Shown here piece after piece: positions 26,721-37,334 of a stretch of DNA of 64,000 bases; within the stretch, counting starts at the first letter, position 1; each line of letters starts with the position of its first letter. The position numbers and the translations under genes were made by a program. The DNA comes from an uncultured Clostridia bacterium. Its GTDB lineage: Bacteria > Bacillota > Clostridia > Christensenellales > Borkfalkiaceae. The notes below the pieces were generated by a model. That model had not been told where the DNA came from, made no database searches, and saw only the letters and a program-made list of their open reading frames with translations. The stretch spans positions 12 through 64,011 of the forward strand of contig CAYXTN010000002.1 in the NCBI GenBank assembly GCA_964468085.1, given 5' to 3'.

Positions 26721-27374
26721 TTGATTGAACTGAACGAATTGTACGATTTGTCGCATACTGTTGCGGGGGAATATCTCAAGGGCTTTTCCAGACCATGGCA
26801 GGCCCTCGGCGGGATAAGCGCGTTTATTGAAGAGCTCGGGCAAACGCTCGGCGGTGAATACGAGGAAATTTCGCCCAAGGTCTGGGTGCACAAGACGGCA
26901 AAGGTCGCGCCCACGGCGTATATAGGCGCGCCCGCAATTATCGGCGAGGAAAGCGAGGTAAGGCATTGCGCCTTTATCCGCGGCAGTGCGCTCGTCGGTA
27001 AAAACTGCGTGGTGGGCAACTCCACCGAGCTTAAAAACGTCATACTTTTCGACGGCGTGCAGGTGCCCCATTACAACTACGTGGGCGACAGCATTTTGGG
27101 CTACAAGGCGCATATGGGCGCGGGCTCGATAACCTCCAACTTAAAGTCGGACAAAACGCAAGTTGTAATTCACGGCGAGACGCAAGAGCCCACGGGCTTG
27201 AAAAAGGTGGGCGCGTTCTTGGGCGATTTTGCCGACGTGGGCTGTAACTGCGTTTTGAACCCGGGCACGGTAATAGGCAGGCATACGCGCGTATATCCGC
27301 TCTCGTCGGTGCGCGGAAGTATACCCGCCGACAGCATTTACAAGGGAAAGGGCAACATAATTCACAAAGGTTGA
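26721..27374 (+). CDS. Left-handed beta-helix (hexapeptide-repeat) acetyltransferase-like protein, resembling the GlmU C-terminal domain
   Basis: The start is TTG. Hexapeptide repeats run throughout, for example VGNSTELKNVILFDGVQVPHYNYVGDSILG..HMGAGSITSN. The gene is directly upstream of glmM. Confidence 0.65.
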   Translation: MIELNELYDLSHTVAGEYLKGFSRPWQALGGISAFIEELGQTLGGEYEEISPKVWVHKTAKVAPTAYIGAPAIIGEESEVRHCAFIRGSALVGKNCVVGNSTELKNVILFDGVQVPHYNYVGDSILGYKAHMGAGSITSNLKSDKTQVVIHGETQEPTGLKKVGAFLGDFADVGCNCVLNPGTVIGRHTRVYPLSSVRGSIPADSIYKGKGNIIHKG

Positions 27375-27377
27375 AAA

Positions 27378-28727
27378 ATGGGAAGATATTTCGGAACGGA
27401 CGGTTTCAGGGGCGAGGCTAACGTCACACTGACCTGCGAACACGCATATAAAATCGGCGCATATCTGGGCTGGCAGCTTTGCCGCGCGGGCAAGTGCAAA
27501 GACGTGGTAATAGGCAGAGATACCCGCAAGTCGGGCGGTATGCTTGAAAGTGCGCTCGTCGCGGGGCTGACCTCGTCTGGCGCAAACGCCTACGTTTTGG
27601 GCGTCACCACAACGCCCGCTGTCGCGTTCACGGTTAAAAGAACGGGGCTTTCGTGCGGAGTGATGATTTCCGCAAGCCACAACCCCTACTACGATAACGG
27701 TATCAAGCTTTTCGGCGAGAACGGCGAGAAGATTAAAGAGGAAACGGTTGCGGGAATAGAGGACTTTATTGACGGCAAGTCGGACAAGCCCGCGCCCGCA
27801 TTGAAAAGTGATATAGGCAGTGTTGTCGCTTATGCGGACGGCAACGCGGAGTACGAAAAATTCCTCGTTAAAAACGGAATAAATCTTTCGGGCTTAAAGG
27901 TGGGGCTGGACTGCGCCAACGGCTCGGCTTACAAAATCGCGAGCGCGGTTTTCAATGCGCTCGGGGCTTTCGTTACGGCGATAAATTGCGCGCCCGACGG
28001 GCTCAACATAAACGCCGACTGCGGCTCTACGCATATAGAGGGCTTACAGAAGCTTGTCAAGGAAAAGGGGTTGGATATAGGGTTTGCCTACGACGGAGAC
28101 GCGGACAGATGTCTTGCCGTCGACGAGAAGGGCAACATAGTAAACGGCGATAAAATATTGTACCTTTGCGGCTCTTATCTAAAGGAGCGCGGACAGCTTG
28201 CGAATAATACTGTCGTAACTACAGTAATGTCCAATTTCGGACTGTACAAAGCGTTCGACAAGGCGGGCATAAATTACGCCAAAACCGCGGTAGGCGATAA
28301 ATACGTGCGGGAATATATGCTTTCGAGCGGCTGTACGCTGGGCGGCGAGCAGTCGGGGCACGTGATTTTCGGCGATATTGCGGGCACGGGCGACGGCATA
28401 CTTACAAGCCTTAAAATCGCTCAGGTTATGCTTGAAAAGGGCGGGGCTCTGTCAAGCCTTACCGCGACTGTAAAGGACTATCCTCAGGTGCTTTTGAACG
28501 TAAAGGTCTACGATAAAAAGGCGGCGCAGGAGGACAAGCTCGTAAAGCAAGCAATCGCCGCGGCGGAAGCCGAGCTCAAGGATAAGGGCAGAATTTTAGT
28601 GAGGGAATCGGGCACCGAACCGCTCGTTCGCGTAATGGTCGAGGCGGAGGATATAAAGGTGTGCGAGCGCCTTGCTTCAAGCGTTAAAGCCGCGATAGTT
28701 TCGGGCGGCTACGAGAGGTTAGACTGA
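27378..28727 (+). CDS. glmM: Phosphoglucosamine mutase
   Basis: The N-terminus reads YFGTDGFRG and the active-site loop reads SASHNPYYDNGIKLF. The length is 449 aa. Confidence 0.92.
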   Translation: MGRYFGTDGFRGEANVTLTCEHAYKIGAYLGWQLCRAGKCKDVVIGRDTRKSGGMLESALVAGLTSSGANAYVLGVTTTPAVAFTVKRTGLSCGVMISASHNPYYDNGIKLFGENGEKIKEETVAGIEDFIDGKSDKPAPALKSDIGSVVAYADGNAEYEKFLVKNGINLSGLKVGLDCANGSAYKIASAVFNALGAFVTAINCAPDGLNINADCGSTHIEGLQKLVKEKGLDIGFAYDGDADRCLAVDEKGNIVNGDKILYLCGSYLKERGQLANNTVVTTVMSNFGLYKAFDKAGINYAKTAVGDKYVREYMLSSGCTLGGEQSGHVIFGDIAGTGDGILTSLKIAQVMLEKGGALSSLTATVKDYPQVLLNVKVYDKKAAQEDKLVKQAIAAAEAELKDKGRILVRESGTEPLVRVMVEAEDIKVCERLASSVKAAIVSGGYERLD

Positions 28728-28728
28728 T

Positions 28729-30564
28729 ATGTGCGGAATAGTCGGATATACGGGAAAAAAACAGGCGACGCCGATACTTTTGGAGGGGCTTTCCAAGCTC
28801 GAATACCGCGGATACGATTCCGCGGGCGTTGCCGTGCAGAACAATAAAGGCAAACACGAGATAGTAAAGACTAACGGCAAGCTGAGCGTGCTGTCGGACA
28901 AACTCAAAAAGGGCAAGGCGCTCAAAGGCACGTGCGGCATAGGACATACCCGCTGGGCAACCCACGGTATGCCGTCGGAAATTAACGCTCACCCCCACAG
29001 CAACGACGACCAATCGATTGTGGCTGTGCACAACGGCATTATAGAAAACTACGTCGAGCTTAAAGAAAAACTGACGGGGAAAGGGTATACGTTCTATTCG
29101 GAAACGGACACCGAGATTGCCACCAAGCTCGTGGACTACTACTACAAAAAGTGGAAGAGCCCCCTCGAGGCGATGGTCAGCTTTACGCTGCGCGTGCGCG
29201 GCTCGTACGCGATTGCCGTAATGTTCGAGGACTATCCCGACGAAATTTATATTGCGAGAAAGGACAGCCCTTTAATCGTCGGCGTCAACGGCGACGGCGG
29301 CTTTGTCGCCTCCGACGTGCCCGCGATTTTGAAGTACACACGCAACATTTACTACGTTGACAATATGGAAATCGCCCGCGTCGAAGCGGGTAAGGCGACT
29401 TTCTATAACGTCGACCGCAAAGTAATCGAAAAACAGCCCGTGCATATCGACTGGGATTTGGACGCGGCGGAAAGGGGCGGTTACAAGCATTTCATGCTCA
29501 AGGAAATGCACGAACAGCCAAAGGTTGTGGCGGATACTTTAAATTCGTTTATTAAGGACGGCAAAATCGATTTGTCGGAAGCGGGAATTTCCGACGACGA
29601 ACTGTGCTCTTACAGCCGTATACGCATAGCGGCGTGCGGCTCGGCTTACCACGTGGGCGTGGTGGCAAAATACATTATCGAGGACTTGGCGCGCATTCCC
29701 GTGGACGTGGACGTCGCGTCCGAGTTCAGATACCGCAACCCGATATTCGGCGAAAACGAACTGTTCGTCGTAATCAGTCAATCGGGCGAAACGGCGGACT
29801 CGCTTGCGGCACTGAGAGGCGCAAAGGCTCAGGGGGTTAAAACGCTTGCGATAGTCAACGTGCTCGGCTCGGCGATTGCGCGCGAGGCGGACAGAGTACT
29901 CTACACCAAGGCGGGTCCCGAAATTTCGGTTGCGACGACCAAGGCGTACAGCGCGCAGCTAATCGTTGCGTACGTGCTTGCCGTTCAGCTCGCTTTCGTG
30001 AACGGAAAAATCGACGAGGACAGATACGCGCAGTTAATCGGAGATATGCTTGCACTGCCCGCGTCAATAGAGAAGATTTTATCCGACGACGAGTGGCTCA
30101 AATGGTTTGCAACCAAGATAGCCAATAAAAAGGACGTGTTCTTCATAGGCAGAGGCATAGACTACGCAATCTGCTTAGAGGGCAGTTTAAAGCTTAAAGA
30201 GATAAGCTATATACATTCGGAGGCGTACGCGGCGGGCGAGTTAAAGCACGGCACGATAAGCCTTATCGAGGAAGGCACGCTGGTCATCGGACTTATTACT
30301 CAGTTGCAGCTTGCCGAAAAGTCGGTGAGCAACCTTGCCGAAGTCAAGTCGCGCGGCGCGCAGATTATGAATCTGACGCTCGACGGCAATTACACGATGG
30401 GCGAACATTCCGAATTTACCGTATACGTTCCCAAAACTTCGCCGTACTTTACGGCAAGTCTGGCGGTCGTTCCGTTGCAGCTTTTGAGCTACTACGTAAG
30501 CGTTGCTAAGGGGTTGGATGTGGATATGCCGCGCAACCTCGCAAAGTGCGTATCCGTGGAATAG
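28729..30564 (+). CDS. glmS: Glutamine--fructose-6-phosphate aminotransferase (isomerising)
   Basis: The N-terminal nucleophile context is MCGIVGY. SIS domains are present and the C-terminus reads KCVSVE. The length is 611 aa. Confidence 0.95.
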   Translation: MCGIVGYTGKKQATPILLEGLSKLEYRGYDSAGVAVQNNKGKHEIVKTNGKLSVLSDKLKKGKALKGTCGIGHTRWATHGMPSEINAHPHSNDDQSIVAVHNGIIENYVELKEKLTGKGYTFYSETDTEIATKLVDYYYKKWKSPLEAMVSFTLRVRGSYAIAVMFEDYPDEIYIARKDSPLIVGVNGDGGFVASDVPAILKYTRNIYYVDNMEIARVEAGKATFYNVDRKVIEKQPVHIDWDLDAAERGGYKHFMLKEMHEQPKVVADTLNSFIKDGKIDLSEAGISDDELCSYSRIRIAACGSAYHVGVVAKYIIEDLARIPVDVDVASEFRYRNPIFGENELFVVISQSGETADSLAALRGAKAQGVKTLAIVNVLGSAIAREADRVLYTKAGPEISVATTKAYSAQLIVAYVLAVQLAFVNGKIDEDRYAQLIGDMLALPASIEKILSDDEWLKWFATKIANKKDVFFIGRGIDYAICLEGSLKLKEISYIHSEAYAAGELKHGTISLIEEGTLVIGLITQLQLAEKSVSNLAEVKSRGAQIMNLTLDGNYTMGEHSEFTVYVPKTSPYFTASLAVVPLQLLSYYVSVAKGLDVDMPRNLAKCVSVE

Positions 30565-30620
30565 TACGGGGTCAATCGAGAGAGAATTAAAATTTTTACG
30601 AAGAAAAGTTGGTGAGTTAA

Positions 30621-32453
30621 GTGAGAAAGAGGAACAGAGAATTAAGCGGAAGACTATTAATTGCGCTGTGCGACTTGGGAGCGGTTACGCTGTCAATGTT
30701 CATTGCCGTGCTTGCGACGGAGAAATATATTCCGTTCGTATCTTACACATGGCGTCTGCCCGTTTGGTATCTGGCGAACGTAGCTGTTGCGTTTTTCTTT
30801 CTGGAAGTTTTCAGACTGTACCGCATAGTATTCGATTCGATAGGTCTTTTCGATACGCTAAAGCTTGTCGCCGCGGCGCTGTGCATATTCAGCGTGGGGC
30901 TTTCTTACAGTATTCCGCTCGAAATGGGAGTGTGGAAACAGTTCTATTTCGTACTGACCTTTTTCTTCATAGCGCTTACGGTGCGTTATTCCAAGCGAAT
31001 TTACATCATGGTAAAGTACTCGGTTACCAAGAGCGGTAAGGGCAAGATAAGGGCGATGATAGTCGGCGGCGGCAACGCTGGCACGGCGATAATAAGGGAA
31101 ATTCAGACTTCCGACAAGATAGCATATAATCCCGTCTGCGTAATCGACGACGACGAAACAAAAATCGGCAAGCGCATAAGCAGCGTAAAGATTGTCGGCA
31201 CTACAGCCGAGATTGTAAAGTACGCCGAAAAGTACGCAATCGCTGAAATATTGATAGCAATACCGTCGGCTACCAAGTCGGACGTAAAGCGCATTTACGA
31301 AATCTGCAAAAAGACAAAGTGTAAGGTCAAGACCCTGCCGGGAATTTATCAGATAGTTAACGGCGACGCAAGCGTTGCGGCATTGCGCGAAGTGCGCATA
31401 ACCGACCTACTCGGCAGAGAGCAGATACAGGTCAACCTCGACGAAATTATGGGTTATATCGAGGGCGAGGTCGTGCTGGTCACGGGCGGTGGCGGTTCTA
31501 TAGGCAGCGAGCTTTGCCGTCAGATAGCCACCCACAACCCCAAACAGCTCATAATTTTGGACATATATGAAAACAACGCGTACGATATCGAGCAGGAGCT
31601 CAAACGCAAATATCCCTCGCTCAACCTTCTTGCGCTCATTGCAAGCATAAGGGACAAGGGCAAGATGGAGGACGTGTTCGAAAAGTATCACCCCGACATA
31701 GTGTTCAACGCGGCGGCGCACAAGCACGTGCCCTTGATGGAAACCAGCCCCAACGAGGCGGTGAAAAACAACGTTTTCGGCACGCTCAATGCGGCGCGCT
31801 GCGCGGATAAATACGGAGTTAAAACCTTCGTGCAGATTTCGACCGACAAGGCGGTTAATCCCACTAATATTATGGGCGCAACCAAGCGAATCTGCGAAAT
31901 GATAATTCAGACAATCGGCAGAAACAGCAAGAATACTAAGTTCGTCGCGGTGCGTTTCGGCAACGTTCTGGGCTCGAACGGCTCGGTAATACCCCTCTTC
32001 GAAAAGCAGATAGCGGAGGGCGGACCGGTAACCGTCACGCACAAGGATATTATCAGATACTTTATGACTATACCCGAGGCGGTTTCGCTCGTGTTGCAGG
32101 CGGGCGCGTACGCAAACGGCGGTCAGATATTCGTGCTCGATATGGGCGAGCCCGTCAAAATTTACGATTTGGCTTACAACCTTATCAAGCTTTCGGGGTT
32201 CGAACCCAACGTGGATATCGAGATAAAGTGTACGGGACTGCGCCCCGGGGAAAAGCTGTACGAAGAGCGGCTTATGGACGAGGAGGGTATGCAGACGACC
32301 CCCAACGGACTAATCAATATCGCCAACCCGATAGCTCTCGACGAGCAGTTTTTGTGGAGCAAGCTCGACGAGCTGTACGCGGCGGCGTATATCGAAACCG
32401 ACCAGATGAAGAACCTCGTTTCCGAGCTCGTGACCACGTACAAACCGCAGTAA
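30621..32453 (+). CDS. Membrane-anchored polysaccharide biosynthesis NDP-sugar 4,6-dehydratase (CapD/PglF/WbpM family)
   Basis: The start is GTG. There are four N-terminal TM segments, then [12 protein letters not shown] and an SDR core. The length is 610 aa. Confidence 0.85.
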   Translation: MRKRNRELSGRLLIALCDLGAVTLSMFIAVLATEKYIPFVSYTWRLPVWYLANVAVAFFFLEVFRLYRIVFDSIGLFDTLKLVAAALCIFSVGLSYSIPLEMGVWKQFYFVLTFFFIALTVRYSKRIYIMVKYSVTKSGKGKIRAMIVGGGNAGTAIIREIQTSDKIAYNPVCVIDDDETKIGKRISSVKIVGTTAEIVKYAEKYAIAEILIAIPSATKSDVKRIYEICKKTKCKVKTLPGIYQIVNGDASVAALREVRITDLLGREQIQVNLDEIMGYIEGEVVLVTGGGGSIGSELCRQIATHNPKQLIILDIYENNAYDIEQELKRKYPSLNLLALIASIRDKGKMEDVFEKYHPDIVFNAAAHKHVPLMETSPNEAVKNNVFGTLNAARCADKYGVKTFVQISTDKAVNPTNIMGATKRICEMIIQTIGRNSKNTKFVAVRFGNVLGSNGSVIPLFEKQIAEGGPVTVTHKDIIRYFMTIPEAVSLVLQAGAYANGGQIFVLDMGEPVKIYDLAYNLIKLSGFEPNVDIEIKCTGLRPGEKLYEERLMDEEGMQTTPNGLINIANPIALDEQFLWSKLDELYAAAYIETDQMKNLVSELVTTYKPQ

Positions 32454-32466
32454 CAGGAGAATTTCA

Positions 32467-33486
32467 ATGGCAAAAAACATACTTGTAACGGGCGGCGCGG
32501 GCTATATCGGCTCGCACACCTGCGTCGAACTCATAAAGAGCGGCTACGGCGTCGTAGTGGTGGACAATCTGTCCAACTCGAGCGAAGAGAGTATTGCCCG
32601 CGTGGAAAAGATAACGGGCAAAAGCGTTAAGTTTTACAATGCCGACGTCCGCGATAGGGCGGCGCTCGATAAGATTTTCACCGAAAATGCAATCGACTGG
32701 GTAATACATTTCGCGGGACTGAAAGCGGTTGGCGAAAGCTGCGTAAAGCCCGTGGAATACTACGACAACAATTTAAACGGTACGCTCGTACTGTTGCAGG
32801 CAATGCGCGGTCACGGCTGTAAAAGAATAGTTTTCTCGTCGTCGGCAACGGTGTACGGCGACCCGGAAACTCTGCCGCTAACCGAGAACTGCGCGATAGG
32901 CGGCACGACCAATCCGTACGGCACAAGCAAGTATTTTCAGGAAAAAATGCTGACCGACTTGTACAAAGCCGACAAAGAGTGGACGGTGGTACTGCTCAGG
33001 TATTTTAACCCCGTCGGCGCGCACGAGAGCGGACTTATAGGCGAAGACCCGAGGGGTATTCCCAACAATTTAACGCCGTATATATCCAAGGTTGCGATAG
33101 GCGAACTTAAGGAAGTGGGAGTGTTCGGTAACGACTATCCCACGCCCGACGGCACGGGAGTGCGCGATTATATCCACGTGGTCGACCTTGCAAAGGGGCA
33201 CGTTGCGGCAATCGATAAATTAAATTCGAGCGGCGTTTATACCTACAACCTCGGCACGGGCAAGGGTTACAGCGTGCTCGACGTCATTCACGCGTACGAA
33301 AAGGCGTGCGGGCATAAGATACCTTACGTTATTAAGCCGAGAAGGTCGGGCGATATCGCCGCGTGCTATGCGGACGCGTCGAAGGCGGAAAAGGAGCTCG
33401 AATGGAAAGCAGAGCTCGGTATTGACGAAATGTGCTTATCTGCCTGGAACTGGCAGACCAAAAACCCAGAGGGTTATAAAAAATAG
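32467..33486 (+). CDS. galE: UDP-glucose 4-epimerase
   Basis: [13 protein letters not shown] and the YGTSK catalytic motif are present. The length is 339 aa. Confidence 0.9.
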   Translation: MAKNILVTGGAGYIGSHTCVELIKSGYGVVVVDNLSNSSEESIARVEKITGKSVKFYNADVRDRAALDKIFTENAIDWVIHFAGLKAVGESCVKPVEYYDNNLNGTLVLLQAMRGHGCKRIVFSSSATVYGDPETLPLTENCAIGGTTNPYGTSKYFQEKMLTDLYKADKEWTVVLLRYFNPVGAHESGLIGEDPRGIPNNLTPYISKVAIGELKEVGVFGNDYPTPDGTGVRDYIHVVDLAKGHVAAIDKLNSSGVYTYNLGTGKGYSVLDVIHAYEKACGHKIPYVIKPRRSGDIAACYADASKAEKELEWKAELGIDEMCLSAWNWQTKNPEGYKK

Positions 33487-33506
33487 AGAGAATTTAAAAT
33501 TTTAAA

Positions 33507-33534
33507 AGGCGGCTCTGATATGAGCCGCCTTTTT
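33507..33534 (+). terminator. Intrinsic terminator after galE
   Basis: The stem is aggcggctc / gagccgcct, followed by tttt. Confidence 0.8.
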
Positions 33535-33585
33535 AGTACAAAATATATGTGAAAGGGTATATCGAGGAAATATACCGTAATTCTA

Positions 33586-33614
33586 TTGCTTTTCTGACTA
33601 TATTATATTATAAT
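33586..33614 (+). promoter_or_regulatory. Sigma-70-like promoter for the downstream polysaccharide operon
   Basis: The elements are TTGCTT, a 17-nt spacer and TATAAT. Confidence 0.55.
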
Positions 33615-33656
33615 ATAGTTTGTAATTATGGCGAATTATGTCAATACGGAGCAAAT

Positions 33657-34904
33657 ATGTTTACATTAGACGGTAAATTTAAAGCATTCGACAAAAAAGT
33701 CTGGCTGGCAACGCCCACAATGCACGGCGAAGAGCTCGAATGGATGACCGACGCTTTCAACAAAAACTGGATGTCGACGGTGGGTGAAAATATAAACGAA
33801 ACCGAGCGCATAGTAGCTCAAAAGGCGGACTGTAAATACGCGGTCGGTCTGGCAACGGGCACGGCGGCTCTGCACCTTGCAATGAAGCTTGCGGGCATTA
33901 AGCGCGGCGACAAGGTGTTCTGCACGGATATGACTTTCTCTGCAACCGTAAACCCCGTGGTCTACGAGGGCGGTATTCCCGTGTTTATCGATACGGAGCG
34001 CGATACCTGGAATATGGACCCCGTAGCTCTCGAAAAGGCTTTCGGGGTATATCCCGACGTAAAGCATATCGTGGTAGCCAACCTCTACGGCGTGCCCGCA
34101 AAACTGGACGAGATACGCAAAATCGCGGACAAGCACGGCGCGGTAATAATCGAGGACGCGGCGGAAAGCTTCGGCGCAACCTACAAGGGCAGGCAGACGG
34201 GCACGTTCGGCAATTTAGGCATTATCAGCTTTAACGGAAATAAAATAATAACGGGGTCTGCGGGCGGTATGCTCTTGACAAACGACCTTGCTCAGGCGAA
34301 TAAGGCGCGCAAATGGTCCACGCAGAGCCGCGAAAACGCTCCCTGGTATCAGCACGAGGAGCTCGGTTACAACTACCGTATGAGCAACGTCGTTGCGGGC
34401 GTCGTACGCGGACAACTCCCGCACCTCGAAGAGCATATCGCGCAAAAGCGTGCGGTGTACGAAAGGTATAAGGAGGGTTTCAAGGGCTTGCCAGTTTCGA
34501 TGAACCCCTACGACGAAAAAAATTCCGTGCCCAACTTCTGGCTGTCCTGCCTTTTAATCGACGAAAAGGCAATGTGCGCTCAGGTGCGCGGCGAAACCGA
34601 GGCGCTGTATATAATAGAGCACGGCAAGTCGTGTCCCACGGAAATTCTGGAAACGCTTGCAAGCTTCAATGCCGAGGGCAGACCCATTTGGAAGCCCATG
34701 CACTTGCAGCCGATATTCAGAATGAACCCGTTCGTAACGCGCGAGGGCGACGGCAGAGGCACGACCAACGCGTATATAGCGGGCGGCGGCTCGGACGTAG
34801 GCGCGGATATTTTCAACCGCGGACTTTGTCTGCCGTCGGACAATAAAATGACGGAAGAAGAACAACAAAAGATTATAGAAATCGTAAGGGCGTGCTTTGA
34901 TTAA
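33657..34904 (+). CDS. DegT/DnrJ/EryC1/StrS-family sugar aminotransferase (PglE/EpsN-like)
   Basis: The ATG at 33657 follows ggag. The sequence is family-typical, for example LATPTMHGEELEWM, FNGNKIITGSAGGML and GYNYRMSNV. The ORF stretch upstream of the ATG lacks an RBS. Confidence 0.85.
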   Translation: MFTLDGKFKAFDKKVWLATPTMHGEELEWMTDAFNKNWMSTVGENINETERIVAQKADCKYAVGLATGTAALHLAMKLAGIKRGDKVFCTDMTFSATVNPVVYEGGIPVFIDTERDTWNMDPVALEKAFGVYPDVKHIVVANLYGVPAKLDEIRKIADKHGAVIIEDAAESFGATYKGRQTGTFGNLGIISFNGNKIITGSAGGMLLTNDLAQANKARKWSTQSRENAPWYQHEELGYNYRMSNVVAGVVRGQLPHLEEHIAQKRAVYERYKEGFKGLPVSMNPYDEKNSVPNFWLSCLLIDEKAMCAQVRGETEALYIIEHGKSCPTEILETLASFNAEGRPIWKPMHLQPIFRMNPFVTREGDGRGTTNAYIAGGGSDVGADIFNRGLCLPSDNKMTEEEQQKIIEIVRACFD

Positions 34905-35690
34905 ATGAAAGAGTTTTTTGAAAACCTTGTCGCCGAGTGGTGGGGAATTTTAATAATCTGCATAGTTTGCGTTGCGGTCTGGATATTGCTTTCCGCCATA
35001 CTGTACAGACAGTTTTTCAAACGCTTTTACGATATACTTTTAAGCGGACTTGCGATAATCGTGCTCTCTTTGCCGCTGTTGATTTTAATTATCGTCGGCG
35101 CAATCAAAATGAAGGGCAATCCTTTCTTCACGCAACTTCGCCCCGGTAAGAGGAAAAAGCTTTCCAAAAAAGAGTGCAAAAAGCGCGGCGTGCCTTACGG
35201 AACGTACGGCGAAGAAAAGATATTCAAGCTTGTAAAATTCCGCACAATGACGTGCGAAAAGGACGAGGACGGCAATCTGTTGCCCGACGAAAAGCGGCTT
35301 ACCAAGTACGGCAAGTTTCTGCGCAGTACCTCTTTGGACGAACTGCCCGAGCTTTTCAATATCTTCGCGGGGCATATGTCGATAGTAGGACCGCGCCCCT
35401 TGCTCGTGCAATATCTGCCCCTTTACAGCGAAGAGCAGCGCCACCGCCACGATAAGCGTCCCGGTCTTACGGGACTTGCGCAGGTCAACGGCAGAAACGC
35501 GATTTCGTGGGAGGATAAGTTCGCTCTCGATTTAAAGTACAACAGTAAGATAACGCTGTGGAAGGATATTTCCATTATTTTAAAGACCGTATTAAAGGTG
35601 TTCAAGCGTTCGGGCATTTCGCAGGAAGGTCAGGCGACGATGGAGTATTTCACGGGTAGCAGTCAAGAGAACGGGAAAGATGAAAATTAA
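34905..35690 (+). CDS. Undecaprenyl-phosphate sugar phosphotransferase (small PglC/WecA-independent bacterial sugar transferase family)
   Basis: There is an N-terminal re-entrant hydrophobic helix. DELPELFNIFAGHMSIVGPRPLL and RPGLTGLAQVNGRN are present. Confidence 0.85.
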   Translation: MKEFFENLVAEWWGILIICIVCVAVWILLSAILYRQFFKRFYDILLSGLAIIVLSLPLLILIIVGAIKMKGNPFFTQLRPGKRKKLSKKECKKRGVPYGTYGEEKIFKLVKFRTMTCEKDEDGNLLPDEKRLTKYGKFLRSTSLDELPELFNIFAGHMSIVGPRPLLVQYLPLYSEEQRHRHDKRPGLTGLAQVNGRNAISWEDKFALDLKYNSKITLWKDISIILKTVLKVFKRSGISQEGQATMEYFTGSSQENGKDEN

Positions 35691-36639
35691 CGTTTTGATA
35701 ATGAGCGCGGGAAGGCGTGTGGAGCTTGTCAACTGCTTCAAGGCGGCGCGCGATAAACTTAAAATAGACGGCAAGGTTTACGCCGCGGATATGAACGGTA
35801 CAGCGCCGGCATTGTATTTTGCCGACGGATATTTTCTTGTTCCGAGGATAAGCGCCGACGACTATATCGACGCGATTATTAAAATCTGCAACGAAAACGA
35901 TATTTCGCTGATTGTTCCCACAATAGATACCGAGCTTGAAAAGCTTGCGTTAAATAAAGATAGGATAGAAAAGGCAACGCACGCCCGCGTCCTCGTTTCA
36001 GATTACAAGGCGGTTTCGATTTGTTGCGACAAATTCAGGACGGCGGACTTTTTCAAAGAGCACGGCTTCGGCTATCCGAAAGTGATAACCGCCGAGGATA
36101 TCAAGACTAAAAATTATCAGTTCCCGCTGTTTATCAAGCCGTTGAACGGCAGTTCGAGTATAAACGCGTTTAAGGTCAACGGCGAAAGGGAGCTGGAATT
36201 TTTCACCGAATACGTTAAAGAGCCCATTTTGCAGGAGTGCGTTTCGGGCAAGGAATACACAATCGACTGCTTTTCCGATTTCGACGGCAATATAATAACC
36301 GTCGTGCCGCGCCTTCGAATTGCCACGCGCAGCGGCGAGGTGCTTAAAGGCAGAATAGAGAAAAACGCCGCGATAATTGCGGACGTAAAAAAGCTTATTA
36401 TAGCGTTGGGCTTTATCGGGCAGATTACGGTACAGTGCTTTCTGTGCGTAAGCGGCGAAATCAAATATATAGAAATCAACCCCCGCTTCGGCGGCGGCGC
36501 GCCCATGAGCATAATGGCGGGCGCGGACAGTTGCGAAAATCTGTACAGACTGCTTCTCGGCGAAAAGCTTTCCTATACCGAAAGCTGGCAAGACGGCGTA
36601 ACGTTCGCACGCTTCGACGGCAGTGTAAGGGTAAGCTGA
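35680..36639 (+). CDS. ATP-grasp domain protein
   Basis: The N-terminus reads INVLIMSAGRRVELV. The layout is ATP-grasp-like (FIKP..GSSS, then EINPRFGGG). It lies inside the polysaccharide operon. Confidence 0.7.
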   Translation: MKINVLIMSAGRRVELVNCFKAARDKLKIDGKVYAADMNGTAPALYFADGYFLVPRISADDYIDAIIKICNENDISLIVPTIDTELEKLALNKDRIEKATHARVLVSDYKAVSICCDKFRTADFFKEHGFGYPKVITAEDIKTKNYQFPLFIKPLNGSSSINAFKVNGERELEFFTEYVKEPILQECVSGKEYTIDCFSDFDGNIITVVPRLRIATRSGEVLKGRIEKNAAIIADVKKLIIALGFIGQITVQCFLCVSGEIKYIEINPRFGGGAPMSIMAGADSCENLYRLLLGEKLSYTESWQDGVTFARFDGSVRVS

Positions 36640-36641
36640 GT

Positions 36642-37325
36642 ATGTCCGCTTTGACAGATATCCTTGTTAAGAGAGGGATAAAGGCGGTCATATTCGATTT
36701 GGACGATACGCTTTTTCCCGAAATGCAGTACGTGCAAAGCGGGTTTAAGGCGGTTGCCGCGCAGCTTGAATGCGACTTCGGAGTAAACTGTTACGACACT
36801 ATGCTCGAACTGTTTGCCGCCGACGGAAAAGACGTTTACAACCGCACGCTCGATAATTTGGGCGTAAGTTACGATAGAGAGTATATCGCAAAGCTCGTAA
36901 GCATTTACAGAGAGCACGAGCCGCTTTATTTGCAGTTTTATCCCGACGTTCTGCCGTTTATAAACGAGCTTAAAAGCCGCGGAATTTCTATCGGGATAAT
37001 CACCGACGGCAGAGTGGACGGGCAGAAGAAAAAGCTGAATGCCCTCGGCTGTTACTCACTTTTCGACAGCATAATAATTACCGACGGGCTAGGCGGCGAG
37101 ATTTACAGAAAGCCGTCGGACAAGGCTTTCAAAATTATGTGCGACAAGTTAAAGGTCGGGCTAAATGAAACGGCGTATATAGGCGACAATCCCGCAAAAG
37201 ATTTTTATGTCGGCATGCAGGGCGTGTTTACGGTAAGGGTTAAGCGCGACGGCGCGCTGTGCCTCGGCGGCGACGAATATTACGGGGGCGTTGCGGCTTG
37301 TTTGACGGTCGACAGCCTGATTTAA
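36642..37325 (+). CDS. HAD-superfamily hydrolase/phosphatase
   Basis: The ATG is at 36642. The motifs are DLDDTLF (motif I), ITDG (motif II) and IGDNPAKD (motif IV). Confidence 0.8.
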   Translation: MSALTDILVKRGIKAVIFDLDDTLFPEMQYVQSGFKAVAAQLECDFGVNCYDTMLELFAADGKDVYNRTLDNLGVSYDREYIAKLVSIYREHEPLYLQFYPDVLPFINELKSRGISIGIITDGRVDGQKKKLNALGCYSLFDSIIITDGLGGEIYRKPSDKAFKIMCDKLKVGLNETAYIGDNPAKDFYVGMQGVFTVRVKRDGALCLGGDEYYGGVAACLTVDSLI

Positions 37326-37334
37326 GGGAAGAGT

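Noticed and set aside
26643-28728. glmS ribozyme/riboswitch upstream of glmS
   Set aside because: glmS starts 1 nt after the glmM stop, so there is no leader there. The operon leader (26643-26720) is only ~78 nt and lacks the conserved glmS ribozyme core as far as I can tell. An Rfam scan would settle it.
30503-31039. 178-aa ORF overlapping the glmS end and the capD start
   Set aside because: It is out of frame with two strongly supported genes, has no RBS and has an Arg/Cys-rich composition.
33549-33656. N-terminal extensions of ORFs in the track: 33549, 36435, 45033, 46960, 23557, 23909, 10918 and 11883
   Set aside because: In each case an internal ATG has a proper Shine-Dalgarno sequence, and the recognisable protein family begins there. 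The upstream stretch overlaps the preceding gene, a promoter or a terminator.
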